Assembly (NCBI GenBank): GCA_965140705.1
Contig: OZ223300.1
Coordinates: 192,001 to 256,000 of the forward strand
DNA length: 64,000 nt
Direction: 5' to 3'
Source of the DNA: an uncultured Arcobacter sp.
GTDB lineage: Bacteria; Campylobacterota; Campylobacteria; Campylobacterales; Arcobacteraceae
Part shown: positions 51,132 through 60,371 of the stretch, in pieces
How the letters are laid out: each line of letters begins with the position of its first letter
Position numbering within the stretch: the first letter of the stretch is position 1
Notes under the pieces: model-generated
What the model was told of the DNA's origin: nothing
What the model saw: the letters and a program-made list of their open reading frames with translations, nothing else
The model's database searches: none
Position numbers and translations under genes: made by a program

Positions 51132-51352
51132 TCTCTTCTTTTCTCTTTATAGTATTTCTTAACAACTTTTGTTGCTTTTGAAAAAGCTTCTTGTGTATTT
51201 CTTCCAAATGCTCTAAAAACACCATTTTTCCCAAAAAATTCAACACTTTCTAGTTCCCCATTTTTTATACCTACAACGCTAAAAATATTAAATTTCTTTT
51301 TCATTTTAGATACTTCTGGAAATTCGTTTTCTGTTATGATTTTTATAGTCAT
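51128..51352 (-). CDS. Small hypothetical protein
   Basis: 74-aa ORF with AAGGA RBS upstream; no recognised motif. Confidence 0.65.
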   Translation of the reverse strand: MTIKIITENEFPEVSKMKKKFNIFSVVGIKNGELESVEFFGKNGVFRAFGRNTQEAFSKATKVVKKYYKEKRRD

Positions 51353-51591
51353 ATTCTTTCCTTTATCTATAATTTATTACTATTATATATAAAAGTACTT
51401 AAGTTTTACTTAACTAAAATATTTATTAACGATTTATTAATAAAGATTTATTTTAGAATAATTTATGTAGTTTGAGAATAAGATAGTACTAAAAGGTATA
51501 AAAATTTAAGTTTAGTTTAAGTTTTATGTAACTAGAGAGTGGGTAGTATTCTATCTACAAAAAATTACAGAATGGTAACAGAAGGATATTT

Positions 51592-53172
51592 TTGGATTTT
51601 AATACCATAAAAAGAATGGATGAAGCAAGAGATAAATCTCTTCCAAGTTTTGCAAAACTTTCCCTTGCATTATTATTTATAGTTATTGTATTTTTGTGGA
51701 GTTACTCTTCACATGAAGAATTACCAAATAACAGCTTTTTGATTATTGGTGCTGTATTCGGTGCTTACATGGCAATGAATATTGGAGCAAATGATGTAGC
51801 TAATAATGTTGGTCCAGCAGTTGGTGCTAAGGCTATGACTCTTATGTGGGCTATAGTTATTGCAGCAATATTTGAAGCTCTTGGAGCTTTGGTTGCTGGT
51901 GGTGATGTTGTTAATACAATTAAAAAAGGGATTATTGATCCAGCTCTAATCTCTAATCCGCAAATTTTTGTTTGGGCTATGACAGCTGCTTTATTATCTG
52001 CTGCATTATGGCTTAATTTTGCAACATCAATTGGTGCTCCTGTTTCTACTACTCATTCAATTGTTGGAGGAGTTATGGGTGCAGGTATTGCAGCTGCTGG
52101 TTTTGATATTGTTTCATGGGAAACAATGGGTAAGATTGCCGCATCTTGGGTTATTTCACCAATATTAGGTGGTGTTATTGCTGCACTATTTTTATATTTT
52201 ATTAAAAAAAACATTATGTTTAAAGATGAGAAATTAGCTTCTGCTAAAAAATTTGTACCCTTATTAATTGCCTTTATGACATGGGCTTTTTCTACATATA
52301 TTATTTTAAAAGGTTTAAAACATCTTGTAAAAGTTGATTTTACTACTGCTTTAATTCTTGGACTTATTATTTCAATTATTGTTTTTACTCTTATTAAGCC
52401 TTTGATTGCAAAAAAATCATCTAAACTAGCAGATAATAGAATAAGTGTGAATAGTTTGTTTAATATTCCTTTGATTTTTGCTGCTGCTTTATTATCTTTT
52501 GCTCATGGTGCAAATGATGTTGCAAATGCAATTGGACCATTGGCTGCTATTAATGATGCTGTTATGAATGCTACAATTTCCTCAAAAGTTGGTATTCCTT
52601 TATGGGTTATGGCTGTTGGTGCTTTTGGTATTGCTATTGGATTAGCCCTTTATGGACCAAAACTTATCAAAACAGTTGGTTCTGAAATAACTGAGCTTGA
52701 TCAAGTAAGAGCTTTTTCTATTGCAATGGCAGCAGCTATAACTGTTATTGTTGCCTCTCAACTTGGACTTCCAGTATCTTCTACTCATATTGCAGTTGGA
52801 GGGGTTTTTGGAGTTGGATTTTTAAGAGAATGGTTAGATTCATCTGAAGAAAAATTCTTAAAAGAGATTAGGGGAAAATTTAAAAAGGATAAAAGCCAAC
52901 TTGATAAATATCAATTAGAGTTAAGTCAACTTGCTGCTAAAGATTCTAAGTCAAAAGTTGATTATAAAAGAATAGTTGAATTATATAATTTGATTGATGA
53001 AAAAGATGAAAAAGTTAGATTAGAGAAAAAAGAGTTTAAATCAGCAAAACGAATTAAATATGTAAAAAGAGATGCGATTAAAAAAATTATTGCAGCTTGG
53101 ATTATTACTGTTCCTGCTGCTGCTTTTGTATCTGCTACTATCTTTTTTATGATTAAAGGTATGATGCTTTAA
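51592..53172 (+). CDS. Inorganic phosphate transporter (PiT family)
   Basis: Two GANDVAN motifs and two PVS(T/S)TH motifs; TTG start after AAGGA. Confidence 0.95.
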   Translation: MDFNTIKRMDEARDKSLPSFAKLSLALLFIVIVFLWSYSSHEELPNNSFLIIGAVFGAYMAMNIGANDVANNVGPAVGAKAMTLMWAIVIAAIFEALGALVAGGDVVNTIKKGIIDPALISNPQIFVWAMTAALLSAALWLNFATSIGAPVSTTHSIVGGVMGAGIAAAGFDIVSWETMGKIAASWVISPILGGVIAALFLYFIKKNIMFKDEKLASAKKFVPLLIAFMTWAFSTYIILKGLKHLVKVDFTTALILGLIISIIVFTLIKPLIAKKSSKLADNRISVNSLFNIPLIFAAALLSFAHGANDVANAIGPLAAINDAVMNATISSKVGIPLWVMAVGAFGIAIGLALYGPKLIKTVGSEITELDQVRAFSIAMAAAITVIVASQLGLPVSSTHIAVGGVFGVGFLREWLDSSEEKFLKEIRGKFKKDKSQLDKYQLELSQLAAKDSKSKVDYKRIVELYNLIDEKDEKVRLEKKEFKSAKRIKYVKRDAIKKIIAAWIITVPAAAFVSATIFFMIKGMML

Positions 53173-53238
53173 TTTCAAAATTTTCTTAATTAATCTTCCT
53201 TATGATAATATTTCAGAAATTATCATGAGGAATATTTC

Positions 53239-54156
53239 ATTCAAGCTTTAATTTCAGTCGCTACTATTTACTTATTTATTTTAATTGGCTTTGTTTTTAA
53301 GAAATCTTTTAAAGGTGAAGTAAATGAAAGAACTTTAGTACTGTTAAACTTATATTTTCTTCAACCATTACTTGTATTTTGGGGATTAACTAGAGCACCT
53401 ATTAGTGAAGAATTTCTTCTTACACCTGTAGTGAGTGCTATATCTCTTTTAATAGTTTTAGTTATTTTATATTTCTATTCTTTAAAATTTTTTAAAAAAG
53501 ATGTTCAAGATAAATCTATTTTTTTAGCTTCTTCTTTAGTGGGAAATACTGGTAATTTAGGTATTCCCTTAGGAATTGCTATTTTTGGTTTACAAAGTGT
53601 CCCTTATACTTCTATTATTAATATTGTTAATGTTTTTTATATGTATATTTTTTCTATTTATTTTTTTACAGGTGAGAAATTTAGTATAAAGTCTTCTTTA
53701 AAAGCAATTTTTAAAATGCCTGCGATTCATGTCACTTTTATTGCTTTATTATTTAACTATTATGATTTACATATTAATGCAGATTTTGAGAAGTTTTTTA
53801 CTATGGGAGCATATACTGCAATTGTAATGCAATTGATTATCTTTGGTATATTTATGTCTGATGTGAAAATCAAATCAGCCAATTGGCATTTGGCACTTAA
53901 TATATCTTTATTTAAGCACTTTATTCTACCTTCTATTGGTCTTTGTGTTATCTTTTTATTTGATTTACCTCCATTGGTTAGTGCCATTATATTTATGGAA
54001 TTATTTGTTCCCCTTGCTGTTAATAATGTGAATCTTGCATCTTTATATAAATGTAAGCCAGTTGATGCAACTTTCTCTGTTTTGGTTAGTTCTTCTATTT
54101 TTGTAATTTTGACTTACGGATATATTCTATTAATTAATTATTTCTTCGGATTATAG
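53239..54156 (+). CDS. AEC (auxin efflux carrier/malate permease) family transporter; probable non-canonical ATT start
   Basis: Frame open from 53209. IQALISVATIYLFILIG first TM lies upstream of the tracked GTG. GNTGNLGIP and PLAVNNVN motifs. Confidence 0.8.
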   Translation: MQALISVATIYLFILIGFVFKKSFKGEVNERTLVLLNLYFLQPLLVFWGLTRAPISEEFLLTPVVSAISLLIVLVILYFYSLKFFKKDVQDKSIFLASSLVGNTGNLGIPLGIAIFGLQSVPYTSIINIVNVFYMYIFSIYFFTGEKFSIKSSLKAIFKMPAIHVTFIALLFNYYDLHINADFEKFFTMGAYTAIVMQLIIFGIFMSDVKIKSANWHLALNISLFKHFILPSIGLCVIFLFDLPPLVSAIIFMELFVPLAVNNVNLASLYKCKPVDATFSVLVSSSIFVILTYGYILLINYFFGL

Positions 54157-54157
54157 T

Positions 54158-55939
54158 ATGTGTGGTATATTAGGTTCTAATTTTATTTCAAATAATTTTG
54201 ATAGTGCTTTATCTATTATGAATAATAGAGGTCCAGATTATTCTAAAGTTTTTTCTCACAAAAATTATCAATTTGGTCACACAAGATTGTCTATAATTGA
54301 TGTAGATGAAGAAGCCAATCAGCCTATGATATTTGATGATATTTTGATTGTTTTCAATGGTGAGATATATAACTATAAAGAGCTAATCAAGAGTGAAAAT
54401 CTTCTTTGTAGTACATCATCTGATACAGAAGTTATAATAAGATTATATCAGAAGTATGGAATTGACTTTTTAAATAAATTAAATGGTATGTTTTCCTTCG
54501 TAATTTTTGATTTAAAACAAAAAAAATACTTTTGTGCTAGGGATAGATATGGGAAGAAACCATTCTTTTATTATTTCAAAGATAATAAATTTATTTTCTC
54601 TTCTTCTATTAAATCTATAATAAAAATATTAGGTTTTACTCCAAAATTAAATAAAGTTGCTTTATCTCAATATTTACAATACTTTGTTTCATTAAATGAT
54701 ATGACTTTTTATAATGATATTAATAAATTAGAAGCTTCTTCTTATATGCTTCTTTCTAACAATGAATTATTTATAAAAAAATATTACAAAATCAATACTT
54801 ACAAAAAAGTTGTTGATGAGAAACAAGCTTTAAATGATATAGAGGAGCTTTTATTTAAAAGTGTTGAATCAAGACTTGTAGGTGATGTGGAAGTAGGGAG
54901 CCTATTAAGTGGTGGAATTGATAGTTCACTTATATCCTCTTTGTATACAAATATCACAGGAAAGCGTATCAACACTTTCTCTGTAGGATATAGTGACCAT
55001 ATAAGCTATTCTGAGCTTGATTATGCTTCATTAGTATCAAAAGATATTAATTCTATACATCATCCCTTAGAGGTATCTAGAAATGATTTTATTGATGTCT
55101 TTGATGAAGTTATTGATGCCTTAGAAGAACCCCATGCTGATAGTGCTGCATTTCCTTTATATTGTTTAACTAAATTAATCAATAAAAAGGGAATAAAAGT
55201 TGTTTTAAGCGGTGAGGGTAGTGATGAGCTTTTTTTAGGATATGATAATTATGCTAAGTTTTTAAAATATTATAATTTCAAAGAATCTTTATCAAATAAT
55301 CAAGGTGGATTTTTAAAAGACATTATCTCTGCTTTGCAAAATAATACTAAAGAGAGTGAATACTTACGTAGAGTGGTTACCGATGAAAATATTTACAACT
55401 CTTTTGGTGAAATATATACTACTATACAAAAAAAGCGTTTATTTAAACGACTTCCTACTTTCAAACAAGAAAAGGCAAAAAAAGATCCTATTGATTGGAT
55501 GAGTTATATTGATTTAAAGATTTGGTTAGGGCAATCGTTACTTTCCAAGGTAGATAGAATCTCTATGGCAAATTCTATTGAAGTTAGAACTCCATTTTTG
55601 GATTATAGATTAGTTGATTATCTATTTAGTGTTGATACTAAATTAAAAACTGGAGATACAAATAAATATTTGTTAAAAAAGATTGCTAGTAAGTATATTC
55701 CAGAAAAAATTATTAATAGGAGTAAAAAAGGATTTAATTCTCCATATAATGAATGGATTTTTAATAGTCATGGTGAAGATTTACTAAAAACTATTCTTAA
55801 AGTAAATTATGAAACAAATTTATTCAATGAAGATTATGTTATTATGATTTATAATCTTGCAAAAAAGAATAAATTCAAACAACATTTTTGGTCTTTGTAT
55901 ATTTTTTCTTATTGGTTTAACAAAAATTATCTTATTTAA
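54158..55939 (+). CDS. asnB: Asparagine synthase (glutamine-hydrolysing) family amidotransferase
   Basis: MCGI, RGPD, NGEIYN, LSGGIDSS, SGEGSDE and EVRTPFLD. Confidence 0.92.
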   Translation: MCGILGSNFISNNFDSALSIMNNRGPDYSKVFSHKNYQFGHTRLSIIDVDEEANQPMIFDDILIVFNGEIYNYKELIKSENLLCSTSSDTEVIIRLYQKYGIDFLNKLNGMFSFVIFDLKQKKYFCARDRYGKKPFFYYFKDNKFIFSSSIKSIIKILGFTPKLNKVALSQYLQYFVSLNDMTFYNDINKLEASSYMLLSNNELFIKKYYKINTYKKVVDEKQALNDIEELLFKSVESRLVGDVEVGSLLSGGIDSSLISSLYTNITGKRINTFSVGYSDHISYSELDYASLVSKDINSIHHPLEVSRNDFIDVFDEVIDALEEPHADSAAFPLYCLTKLINKKGIKVVLSGEGSDELFLGYDNYAKFLKYYNFKESLSNNQGGFLKDIISALQNNTKESEYLRRVVTDENIYNSFGEIYTTIQKKRLFKRLPTFKQEKAKKDPIDWMSYIDLKIWLGQSLLSKVDRISMANSIEVRTPFLDYRLVDYLFSVDTKLKTGDTNKYLLKKIASKYIPEKIINRSKKGFNSPYNEWIFNSHGEDLLKTILKVNYETNLFNEDYVIMIYNLAKKNKFKQHFWSLYIFSYWFNKNYLI

Positions 55940-55949
55940 AAGGTTATAT

Positions 55950-56255
55950 ATGACACTACTTATTCCTACTGATTCTAATAATAGACATGAATGTGTTCTT
56001 TCAAGTATTGAAGAGAATAACTCATGGGCTTATGTAATTTTAAATGATGGACAAATAATTTCATGCGATTTTTTTGATAGAAAAGAAGATGTAATTGAAT
56101 GGATTGATTATGTTATTGTTTTAAATGACAAAGAATATATTTGGCCTTTTCTTAATGAAAAAATTAAAGTTCTTGTATCAAATAACGAAAAAAGTATTGA
56201 CGAAATAGTTGAATCTTTTCTTTTAAATAAGCTTACATTGTATACTCAAAAATAA
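55950..56255 (+). CDS. Hypothetical protein (possibly a degenerate NifX/NifB-like fold)
   Basis: ATG at 55950 after AAGG; 101 aa; fold guess is weak. Confidence 0.55.
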   Translation: MTLLIPTDSNNRHECVLSSIEENNSWAYVILNDGQIISCDFFDRKEDVIEWIDYVIVLNDKEYIWPFLNEKIKVLVSNNEKSIDEIVESFLLNKLTLYTQK

Positions 56256-56315
56256 TAACGGATATTTCTTACTTTTTTACAAAACAATACACAAATAAGC
56301 TAATATTTAATTATG

Positions 56316-56356
56316 TCTAGATTAATTTAGATATTTCTAGATATAATTGTCTGGAT
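56316..56356 (+). promoter_or_regulatory. Tandem TCTAGAT-like repeats overlapping -10 of the RHH gene
   Basis: TCTAGAT 56316, TTTAGAT 56326, TCTAGAT 56336, TCTGGAT 56350; TATAAT at 56342-56347. Confidence 0.55.
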
Positions 56357-56378
56357 ACTATTATATAAGGCTTCTAAA

Positions 56379-56642
56379 ATGGAAAAAAGAAAAATTGGTA
56401 GACCAATTCAGAAAATTGGGCGTGTAAAGATAGGAATGTCAATTGATGGTAAAACAAATGATTGTTTAACAGAATTAAGTGTAAATAGTGGTAAAACAAA
56501 GAGTAAAATTATAGAAGAATCCATTGCCTTATATTACGAAAATAATAAAGAACTGCAAGACAAAATTATATTAGCAAATAAAATGAAAGATGATCCTTAT
56601 TTTCATTTTAGAGATATTTTGAAAAAATCTTTAGACAAATAA
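56379..56642 (+). CDS. Ribbon-helix-helix (CopG-like) DNA-binding protein
   Basis: GRP, then strand VKIGMSID, helix, and GKTKSKIIEESI. Confidence 0.75.
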   Translation: MEKRKIGRPIQKIGRVKIGMSIDGKTNDCLTELSVNSGKTKSKIIEESIALYYENNKELQDKIILANKMKDDPYFHFRDILKKSLDK

Positions 56643-57383
56643 TTAAAAAGAATTTGGATTAAATCCAGTATCAAAATCGTTATAATTATTGAACTCATTT
56701 AAAAAATCATTACTTTGAATCGTTGGATCAGAATATCCATTTTGAATTGACTTCATTCTAAGATTCATTATATCAGTTTTAGAATCTATAAATTGAGGAC
56801 ATGCAATCGTACAGTTCCCACATAAAGTACAATCCCATATCCCGTTTATTTGAATTGTATCAAGTTTTGAGACTTTATTAGCTTCTTTTTTGTCATTTAG
56901 ATACCTAAATACTCTTGTAAGAGCAAAAGGGCCTAAAAAGTCCTTATTTACCTCATATACAGGGCAAGAGCTATAGCAATTTTGACATAAAATACAAGTA
57001 CTTTGTAAATCTATTAGTTTTTCATCTTCCTTTTTTATAGATATTTCTTCAAATTTTTCAATAAATGCCTTACTTTTAGATAAAAACTTTGCTGTTTGCT
57101 TTAAGTCCACAACTAAATCTTTTATAACAGTGCTGTTTTTTAGGGGTTTTACTATGATATCTTCATTTAATTTGCATTTACAGGCTAAAACTTCTTTTTC
57201 ATTTACCAAAATACTACATGAACCACAAATTCCACTTTTACATCCACTTCTGTAAGTTAAAGTAGAATCTATATTTTCTTTTATATATTCTAAGGCTTCA
57301 AGAGCAGTAATATTATCTTTATTAATTTTATATTGTTCTATATAATCTTCTTTATCATTTTTTCTATTTATACTTATATTCAT
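56643..57383 (-). CDS. Succinate dehydrogenase/fumarate reductase-like Fe-S subunit
   Basis: CKSGICGSC...C [2Fe-2S], DLVVD, CILCQNCYSSCP and CTLCGNCTIACP. Confidence 0.92.
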   Translation of the reverse strand: MNISINRKNDKEDYIEQYKINKDNITALEALEYIKENIDSTLTYRSGCKSGICGSCSILVNEKEVLACKCKLNEDIIVKPLKNSTVIKDLVVDLKQTAKFLSKSKAFIEKFEEISIKKEDEKLIDLQSTCILCQNCYSSCPVYEVNKDFLGPFALTRVFRYLNDKKEANKVSKLDTIQINGIWDCTLCGNCTIACPQFIDSKTDIMNLRMKSIQNGYSDPTIQSNDFLNEFNNYNDFDTGFNPNSF

Positions 57384-58969
57384 AGTGACTCCTCAAGCTT
57401 ATAATCATTCTTCTTGTCAATATTCTGAATAGTTGATATCTTTTGATATTCTTTATTAATTTGTTCATAATCTTTTCTAAAATGTGAACCTCTTGACTCT
57501 TTTCTTTTTATGGCTGATTCACATATAAGTTTTGATAAGAGTAATAAATTACCTAATTCAATATAATCAACAATATTTTTGTTATATTTTTTGCTTTTAT
57601 TTTCTATTCCACTGTTTTTATATTCTTCTTCAAATTTTTTAATCAAAAGATGAAGTTTTTTTAAATCATTTTCTGTTCTATATAATCCTGCATAATTAAA
57701 CATTGCTTCACTTAAATCATTTTTTATTTTATAAATAGACTTTCCAAGCTTTTTTTCTAGTATGTGATTTATTATATTGGATTCTATTTTATTAGTAATT
57801 TCTGTTTCTTTTTTTAAGGCTATCTCAGTAGCATTACTTCCCGCTATTTTACCAAAAGTTATAATTTCTAATAGGGAATTTCCTCCTAATCTATTTGCAC
57901 CATGTGTATTGTTTTGTGTTACTTCTCCACAGGCATAAATATCTTTTATTGATGTTTCACATGAAACATTAGTTAAAATTCCACCCATGGTATAGTGTAC
58001 TGCAGGAACAATAGGAATCAAATCTTTATGAACATCTAGATTCATAATATCTTTTATTAGTTTTTTCTCTTGGGGCATTTTTTCTTTAATTATATTAATA
58101 TCTATATGTCGCATATCTAAATATACATTTTCGCCATTATCAATTTTTCTTTTAATTGCTCTTGCTACTTCATCTCTTGTAGATAATTCATCAACAAATC
58201 TTTTACCTTCATCATCAATCAGAAAAGCACCTTCTGCTCTAGCACTTTCACTAATTAAAGTATTAGTACCTTTAAGTGCAGTAGGGTGAAATTGTATGAA
58301 TTCTAGATTTGAGAGTTTAATTCCATGTTTAAAAGCGATTGCAAGCCCATCACCTGTAGTTGAGATACTATTTGTTGTATGAGTCGAATATATATTTCCA
58401 TAACCTCCTGTTGCAATTATAAGAGTTTTGGAATATAAACTAATTTCTTCACCATTTAATAGGTTAAAAACATTTACTCCTAAGTATTTATTATCTTCTA
58501 TAATTAGATCAATAAGAGAGTGTTCATTTAAAAACTCTATATTATTTTTCAGACAATTATCATATAAAGTATGAATGATTTTAAGACCAGTATAATCAGA
58601 GGAATAACATGTTCTTTTTGCCTTTGTTCCACCAAAATATCTTTGTGCTATTTCTCCATTGGCATCTCTTGAAAATGGAACTCCTAATTTATCTAACCAA
58701 GTTATAGTTTCTTTAGCACTTTCACACATCTTTTTTATAGTATTAATATTACCCAATTGTTTTGAGGATTTGTAAGTATCAGTTATATGATTTGATATTG
58801 AATCATTTTTATAGTCTAAAACACAATTTATTCCACCTTGTGCTTGAACTGTTTGGGAATGAGTAGGGTAAGTTTTTGATATAACAAGTACTTTATCTGT
58901 TTTTTCTTTAGCACTTAATGCTGCACTTAATCCAGCACCACCAGAACCAATAATTATTACATCATACAT
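57380..58969 (-). CDS. Succinate dehydrogenase/fumarate reductase-like flavoprotein subunit
   Basis: GSGGAG, AQGG, QFHPT, RDEVARAI, HYTMGG, HGANRLGGNSL and RKESRGSHFR. Confidence 0.92.
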   Translation of the reverse strand: MYDVIIIGSGGAGLSAALSAKEKTDKVLVISKTYPTHSQTVQAQGGINCVLDYKNDSISNHITDTYKSSKQLGNINTIKKMCESAKETITWLDKLGVPFSRDANGEIAQRYFGGTKAKRTCYSSDYTGLKIIHTLYDNCLKNNIEFLNEHSLIDLIIEDNKYLGVNVFNLLNGEEISLYSKTLIIATGGYGNIYSTHTTNSISTTGDGLAIAFKHGIKLSNLEFIQFHPTALKGTNTLISESARAEGAFLIDDEGKRFVDELSTRDEVARAIKRKIDNGENVYLDMRHIDINIIKEKMPQEKKLIKDIMNLDVHKDLIPIVPAVHYTMGGILTNVSCETSIKDIYACGEVTQNNTHGANRLGGNSLLEIITFGKIAGSNATEIALKKETEITNKIESNIINHILEKKLGKSIYKIKNDLSEAMFNYAGLYRTENDLKKLHLLIKKFEEEYKNSGIENKSKKYNKNIVDYIELGNLLLLSKLICESAIKRKESRGSHFRKDYEQINKEYQKISTIQNIDKKNDYKLEESL

Positions 58970-58970
58970 T

Positions 58971-59393
58971 TTATTCCCAAAAGTCTTTTAAATTTTCTTG
59001 TATATCAGCTTTATCATTATTTATTATTCCTTCTATGCTATCAAGTTTTTCCAATAATGAAGATTTTTTTTCTTCTTTTTGTTTACTTATTCCTTTATTC
59101 TTTTCTTTAGGAATTTCTACTTCTTTTTGTCTAGTATTAATCTCTTCTAATAATTCTAATTCACTGTCTATACTTATATTGTTATTTAATAAGTAATTGA
59201 TAATTTCTTCATATTTTTTAAAATCCATCAATATAAAAGATGGTTTCCCATCTCTTAAAATAACAGCTTTTTCTATATCATTATTTTGAATAGAATCAAA
59301 TACTTGTTTACTTTTTCTTATTAATTGAGTTGATGGAATCATCTCACTTGATTTATATTGTAACAATGATTTTAAAATATCTTTATTCATCAA
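58971..59393 (-). CDS. Hypothetical protein with Phd/YefM-like N-terminal domain
   Basis: MIPSTQLIRKSKQVFD...KAVILRDGKPSFILMDFKKYEE pattern; charged C-terminal tail. Confidence 0.6.
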   Translation of the reverse strand: MMNKDILKSLLQYKSSEMIPSTQLIRKSKQVFDSIQNNDIEKAVILRDGKPSFILMDFKKYEEIINYLLNNNISIDSELELLEEINTRQKEVEIPKEKNKGISKQKEEKKSSLLEKLDSIEGIINNDKADIQENLKDFWE

Positions 59394-60312
59394 TAAATCC
59401 TTTTATATTATTATAAACACCTTCTATCAATTTCTTTCTTGCCTGAATAGATGACCAAGCAATATGTGGAGTGATAATTACATTTTCATTTTCAAGAATA
59501 TCATTAAGAGGAGAATCTTCTTCTATTGGTTCTGTTGTAACAGTATCTAATGCAAAGTAAATATTCTTTTCTTTTAATATCTCTACAATATCATATTCAT
59601 TTATTATTCCACCCCTTGCAACATTTATTACAATTGAATCATTTTTTAATAATTTCATGTTTTCGTAGTTTAATAAATCTTTTGTTTTTTCATTTAAGGG
59701 TGAGTGAATTGATATAATATCTGATTCTGATATTAATGATCCTAAATCAGTTGCATCATAGTTCGCATTATAATTCATACCTGAAGTTGAGTAGTATTTA
59801 ATATTACAGCCGAATGCACTAGCAATTTGTGCAACCTTTTCACCAATATTACCTAATCCGATAATTCCCCAAGTCTTACCATCAAGTTCAATGAAGGGCT
59901 TATCTATATGTGTAAAAATCTTTGATTTATGCCAATTACCTTCTTTTACATAATTAGAATAATAATCCATCTTTTGTATAAAATGCAAGGCAAAAGATAT
60001 TGTCAATTGTGCAACACTTGAAGTTGAATATCCAGCTACATTTTTTACTTCAATGCCCTTATGTTTGGCATATTCCACATCCACGTTATTCATACCAGTT
60101 GCACTTATGCAAATTAATTTTAACTCAGTAGCATCAATGATTTCTTTAGTAATAAGAACTTTATTAGTAATTGCAATATCGCAATCTTTTAATCTGGCGA
60201 TAGTTTCTTCATCATTCGTGTAATCGTAGCAAATGACTTCCCCAAATTTATTCAAAGAGCTTAGGTCCATGTCCGAACCTAAAGTAGATCTATCTAAAAT
60301 TACAATTTTCAT
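59383..60312 (-). CDS. D-2-hydroxyacid dehydrogenase (glycerate dehydrogenase-like)
   Basis: ATGMNNVD, GIIGLGNIG, INVARGGI and TPHIAW. Confidence 0.93.
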   Translation of the reverse strand: MKIVILDRSTLGSDMDLSSLNKFGEVICYDYTNDEETIARLKDCDIAITNKVLITKEIIDATELKLICISATGMNNVDVEYAKHKGIEVKNVAGYSTSSVAQLTISFALHFIQKMDYYSNYVKEGNWHKSKIFTHIDKPFIELDGKTWGIIGLGNIGEKVAQIASAFGCNIKYYSTSGMNYNANYDATDLGSLISESDIISIHSPLNEKTKDLLNYENMKLLKNDSIVINVARGGIINEYDIVEILKEKNIYFALDTVTTEPIEEDSPLNDILENENVIITPHIAWSSIQARKKLIEGVYNNIKGFIDE

Positions 60313-60371
60313 TTTGTATACCTTTACATATTATAATACGTAAAGGTATCAAAACTAAACTAAAATTATGA

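Noticed and set aside
52830..53070. Soluble charged insertion near the PiT C-terminus
   Set aside because: In frame and without recognisable motifs; variable loops are common in PiT proteins.
53202..53225. TGATAAT...ATTATCA as a Fur box
   Set aside because: Half-sites are 9 nt apart rather than the 7-1-7 arrangement; better explained as an RNA hairpin.
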